A model generated the notes under the pieces. That model was not told the DNA's origin and did no database searches. It saw only the letters and a list, made by a program, of their open reading frames with translations. Shown here piece after piece: positions 37,865 through 41,032 of a stretch of DNA of 41,032 nucleotides (its first letter is position 1; the number at the start of each line of letters is the position of its first letter). The stretch comes from a bacterium (GTDB lineage: Bacteria > CLD3 > SB21). The DNA is taken from the NCBI GenBank assembly GCA_013360215.1, contig JABWCP010000029.1, positions 1 through 41,032 on the forward strand, read 5' to 3'. Made by a program: the position numbers and the translations under genes.

Positions 37865-40330
37865 ATGTCCACATCTTCTTCAAACGATCAGATCGCGGCG
37901 AAATACGACTTCACTAAAATCGAAGCCAAATGGCAAGCTTATTGGAATCAGCATAAAACTTTCCGTGTGACGGAAGACCCCAAGTTTCCCAAAGAAAAAC
38001 GATTCTACGTTTTAGATATGTTTCCTTATCCGTCAGGTGCGGGATTGCATGTAGGTCATCCGGAGGGTTATACAGCGACCGATATCCTTGCGCGATACAA
38101 ACGCATGAAAGGGTTCAATGTACTCCATCCGATGGGTTGGGATGCATTTGGATTGCCGGCCGAGCAGTATGCGGTAAAAACCGGTGTGCACCCGGCCATC
38201 ACAACCAAACAAAATATAGACACCTTTCGCCGTCAGCTCAAAATATTCGGTTTCTCATACGATTGGGATCGTGAAGTCAATACGACCGATCCGCATTATG
38301 TCAAGTGGACGCAGTGGATATTTCTTCAATTGTTTAAGAAGAACCTCGCTTATATCGCTGAAGTACCGGTCAACTGGTGTCCGGAACTCGGTACCGTACT
38401 GGCCAATGAAGAAGTACCGGAACAAATCGAAAAAGGTTTTACTGTCGTACGAAAACCCATGCGCCAATGGATGCTCCGAATTACGGCGTATGCGGATCGT
38501 TTGCTGGAGGATCTCAATTTAGTGGATTGGCCTGAAAGCATCAAAGAAATGCAACGCAATTGGATCGGTCGCAGCGAAGGTGCCGAGATTCATTTCCGCA
38601 TCAAAGATCACGACGGGGATATCAAAGTGTTTACGACACGACCGGATACGATTTTTGGTGCGACCTATATGGTGCTCGCACCGGAACATCCGCTGGTTGA
38701 AAAAATAACAAGTGCAGAACAGCGTAATGCGGTGGAAGCTTATCGCAAACAAGCCGCTTTGAAAAGCGATATGGAGCGTACGGAGTTAGCCAAAGATAAA
38801 ACCGGGGTGTGGACCGGTGCGTATGCGATCAATCCTGCCAACGGTAATCCGATACCGGTATGGATTGCAGACTACGTCCTGATCAACTATGGTACCGGTG
38901 CGATTATGGCTGTACCGGCGCATGACACACGCGACTGGGAATTTGCAAAAAAATTTGATCTTCCCATCGTCGAAGTCGTTAAAGCGGCGAAAAACGTACA
39001 AGAAGAAGTGTACGATAATAATACGGATAGCGTCTGTGTGAATTCTTCCAATGCGGAAGTATCGATCAACGGAATGAATTATAAAACCGCATTTGATACG
39101 ATCGTAGCTTGGATCGAAAATAAAGGTATCGGTAAGCGCACCATTAACTATAAGCTCCGCGACTGGCTTTTCTCGCGTCAGAGATATTGGGGTGAACCTT
39201 TTCCCATAGTTCACCTTGAGGATGGCCGTATCATGCCGTTGGATGAATCCGTTTTACCGTTGAATCTTCCGGAAGTACAGTCATATAAGCCGGCCGGTAC
39301 CGGCGAGTCACCGCTTGCGACGATGACCGATTGGGTGAACATAACCATGGATGGAAAATCCGCGCGTCGCGAAACGAACACCATGCCGCAGTGGGCCGGT
39401 TCTTGCTGGTATTATCTTCGTTATTGTGATCCCCATAACGATCAAGCATTTGTGGATGCGGAAAAAGAAAAATATTGGTTGCCTGTTGATTTGTATGTTG
39501 GTGGCGGTGAACACGCCGTGCTGCATCTTTTATATGCGCGCTTTTGGCATAAAGTGCTTTTCGATTTGAAATTGGTTTCTACGCCGGAACCTTTTATGAA
39601 ACTTGTCAATCAAGGTATCATTTTAGGTGAAGATTCACAAAAAATGTCCAAATCCCGAGGCAATGTCGTCAATCCCGATGATGTTATCGCGCAATACGGC
39701 GCCGACGCCATGCGGCTTTACGAAATGTTTATGGGGCCGTTGACACAGACCAAACCCTGGAGTACACGCGGTGTCGAGGGTGTGTACCGTTTTCTTCAGC
39801 GTACATGGCGTCTTTTTGTGGATGAGCGCGACCAACTGTCGTCTAAAGTGCAGGATGTCGAACCGACGCCGGATCAGTTACGCGTTTTGCATAAAACGAT
39901 CAAAAAAGTACAAGATGATATCGAGGCGCTTAGTTTTAATACGGCAATTGCTCAAATGATGATATTTGTAAATGAACTTACGCCGTCGGACGTGCGGCCG
40001 CGAAAAGTTATAGAACCGTTTTTGCTTTTGTTGGCGCCTTTTGCTCCGCATATTGCGGAGGAATTATGGTCGCGTCTTGGGCATACAATGTCACTCACCT
40101 ACGAGCCATTTCCCGTTTTTGATCCCGCATGGACGGTGGAAGATACGGCTACGGTTGTTCTTCAGGTCAATGGAAAATTAAGGGATAAACTTGAAGTGAA
40201 AAAAGGTTTGGATAAACAAACCTTAGAGACCATGGCTAAAGAAAAACTTGGACATTGGGTTGCCGGAAAAGAAATTGTTAAAATAGTTGTGGTACCGGAT
40301 AAATTAGTCAATGTGGTGGTGAAGGGATGA
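37865..40330 (+). CDS. leuS: Leucine--tRNA ligase
   Basis: MFPYPSG...HVGH, editing domain [24 protein letters not shown]. Confidence 0.98.
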   Translation: MSTSSSNDQIAAKYDFTKIEAKWQAYWNQHKTFRVTEDPKFPKEKRFYVLDMFPYPSGAGLHVGHPEGYTATDILARYKRMKGFNVLHPMGWDAFGLPAEQYAVKTGVHPAITTKQNIDTFRRQLKIFGFSYDWDREVNTTDPHYVKWTQWIFLQLFKKNLAYIAEVPVNWCPELGTVLANEEVPEQIEKGFTVVRKPMRQWMLRITAYADRLLEDLNLVDWPESIKEMQRNWIGRSEGAEIHFRIKDHDGDIKVFTTRPDTIFGATYMVLAPEHPLVEKITSAEQRNAVEAYRKQAALKSDMERTELAKDKTGVWTGAYAINPANGNPIPVWIADYVLINYGTGAIMAVPAHDTRDWEFAKKFDLPIVEVVKAAKNVQEEVYDNNTDSVCVNSSNAEVSINGMNYKTAFDTIVAWIENKGIGKRTINYKLRDWLFSRQRYWGEPFPIVHLEDGRIMPLDESVLPLNLPEVQSYKPAGTGESPLATMTDWVNITMDGKSARRETNTMPQWAGSCWYYLRYCDPHNDQAFVDAEKEKYWLPVDLYVGGGEHAVLHLLYARFWHKVLFDLKLVSTPEPFMKLVNQGIILGEDSQKMSKSRGNVVNPDDVIAQYGADAMRLYEMFMGPLTQTKPWSTRGVEGVYRFLQRTWRLFVDERDQLSSKVQDVEPTPDQLRVLHKTIKKVQDDIEALSFNTAIAQMMIFVNELTPSDVRPRKVIEPFLLLLAPFAPHIAEELWSRLGHTMSLTYEPFPVFDPAWTVEDTATVVLQVNGKLRDKLEVKKGLDKQTLETMAKEKLGHWVAGKEIVKIVVVPDKLVNVVVKG

Positions 40331-40905
40331 GTTTGAGATTTCCACTATTTGTTTTTTTAGTTCTTCTGATCGCGAGCTGCGGGAAGAAAAAAACGGATGA
40401 ATCACAGCTTGGTCAAGATAGTGCATCCACAGCGGTACAACCGATCAACTACGATATTCCTATTGAAGCCGGTCGTCCTGTTACTTCGGTAAAAGAGTTA
40501 CCTTTTAGAGATCAACTCCTCGCTTTCAGTATTGAATTAGGCAATCGGAGTAAAGATTTCAATCAACGGCTTGGGCTCATACTTTTTGCCAAACGTTCCG
40601 GCGAGCCGTGGCGCGAGGCGGTGCGAAACAATATTGCACGGGAAAATTATAGAAATGCCGAAATGTACCATACAGCTTATCTGGATAGTCTTCGCGGGGT
40701 TATTCGCCCGACCGATGCCGCATTAAAATCGTCATACAACGAATTGCTCATCGCTCATAAACGCTGGCTCAACAATTACCAGATACTTCGCGACCATGAG
40801 AAATTTGAATCCATGATCGCTGTGCTGGACACGGTCTTATCCAATGAAATGGCAATCAACAAAGCGCTAAAGGATTTCAAAAATACGATTGATACAAAGC
40901 CGTGA
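40327..40905 (+). CDS. Hypothetical lipoprotein
   Basis: Lipobox LIASC followed by GKKK; ATGA overlap with leuS. Confidence 0.75.
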   Translation: MSLRFPLFVFLVLLIASCGKKKTDESQLGQDSASTAVQPINYDIPIEAGRPVTSVKELPFRDQLLAFSIELGNRSKDFNQRLGLILFAKRSGEPWREAVRNNIARENYRNAEMYHTAYLDSLRGVIRPTDAALKSSYNELLIAHKRWLNNYQILRDHEKFESMIAVLDTVLSNEMAINKALKDFKNTIDTKP

Positions 40906-40985
40906 TGGATGCGTGAAATAGAGATATTGATAGTGTGTCGTCCTAGAAAAAGTACACAGTTTTTTAGTTAGTGATTTATTCCGTT

Positions 40986-41018
40986 AAATCGGTGTAGGCA
41001 TGCCTACACCGATTTTTT
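40986..41018 (+). terminator. Perfect 30-bp palindrome, probable intrinsic terminator
   Basis: AAATCGGTGTAGGCA|TGCCTACACCGATTT followed by TTT. Confidence 0.75.
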
Positions 41019-41032
41019 GTCCATAAAATTCT

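Noticed and set aside
1-41032. tRNA, rRNA, CRISPR arrays, IS elements, prophage genes, and the many short overlapping ORFs in the track
   Set aside because: No cloverleaf, repeat-spacer pattern, transposase or integrase seen by eye; the short ORFs overlap well-supported genes

Overview
Bacterial chromosomal window, probably from an FCB-superphylum lineage. That placement is an inference from a FlgD-Ig/T9SS-like C-terminal domain and Bacteroidota-style AraC and Crp/Fnr regulators. Core genes (tsf-pyrH-frr, icd, leuS) frame accessory blocks. These are a secreted-protein/FecR pair plus a large beta-propeller surface protein/CsgG-like pair, a 4-hydroxybenzoyl-CoA-reductase-like molybdoenzyme pair with no flavoprotein gene, and a DPP-IV/hydrolase/Omp85 trio. 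The main candidate for an undescribed system is an ~11.3 kb, mostly translationally coupled, minus-strand 10-gene operon (37665->26355). It encodes a nucleotidyltransferase-fold protein, two cobalamin-dependent radical SAM enzymes, a twitch/SPASM radical SAM enzyme, two class I methyltransferases, a deaminase-type amidohydrolase, GT9 and GT87 glycosyltransferases and a flippase, suggesting synthesis of a radical-modified surface glycan or glycolipid. Just downstream is a 34-aa membrane peptide ORF absent from the ORF track. It has its own TATAAT and a perfect CRP-type box, and a matching box (TGTGAC-N4-ATCACA) precedes the secreted-protein/FecR operon. No rRNA, tRNA, CRISPR array or transposase was seen. 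All calls come from reading motifs by eye; no searches were run.
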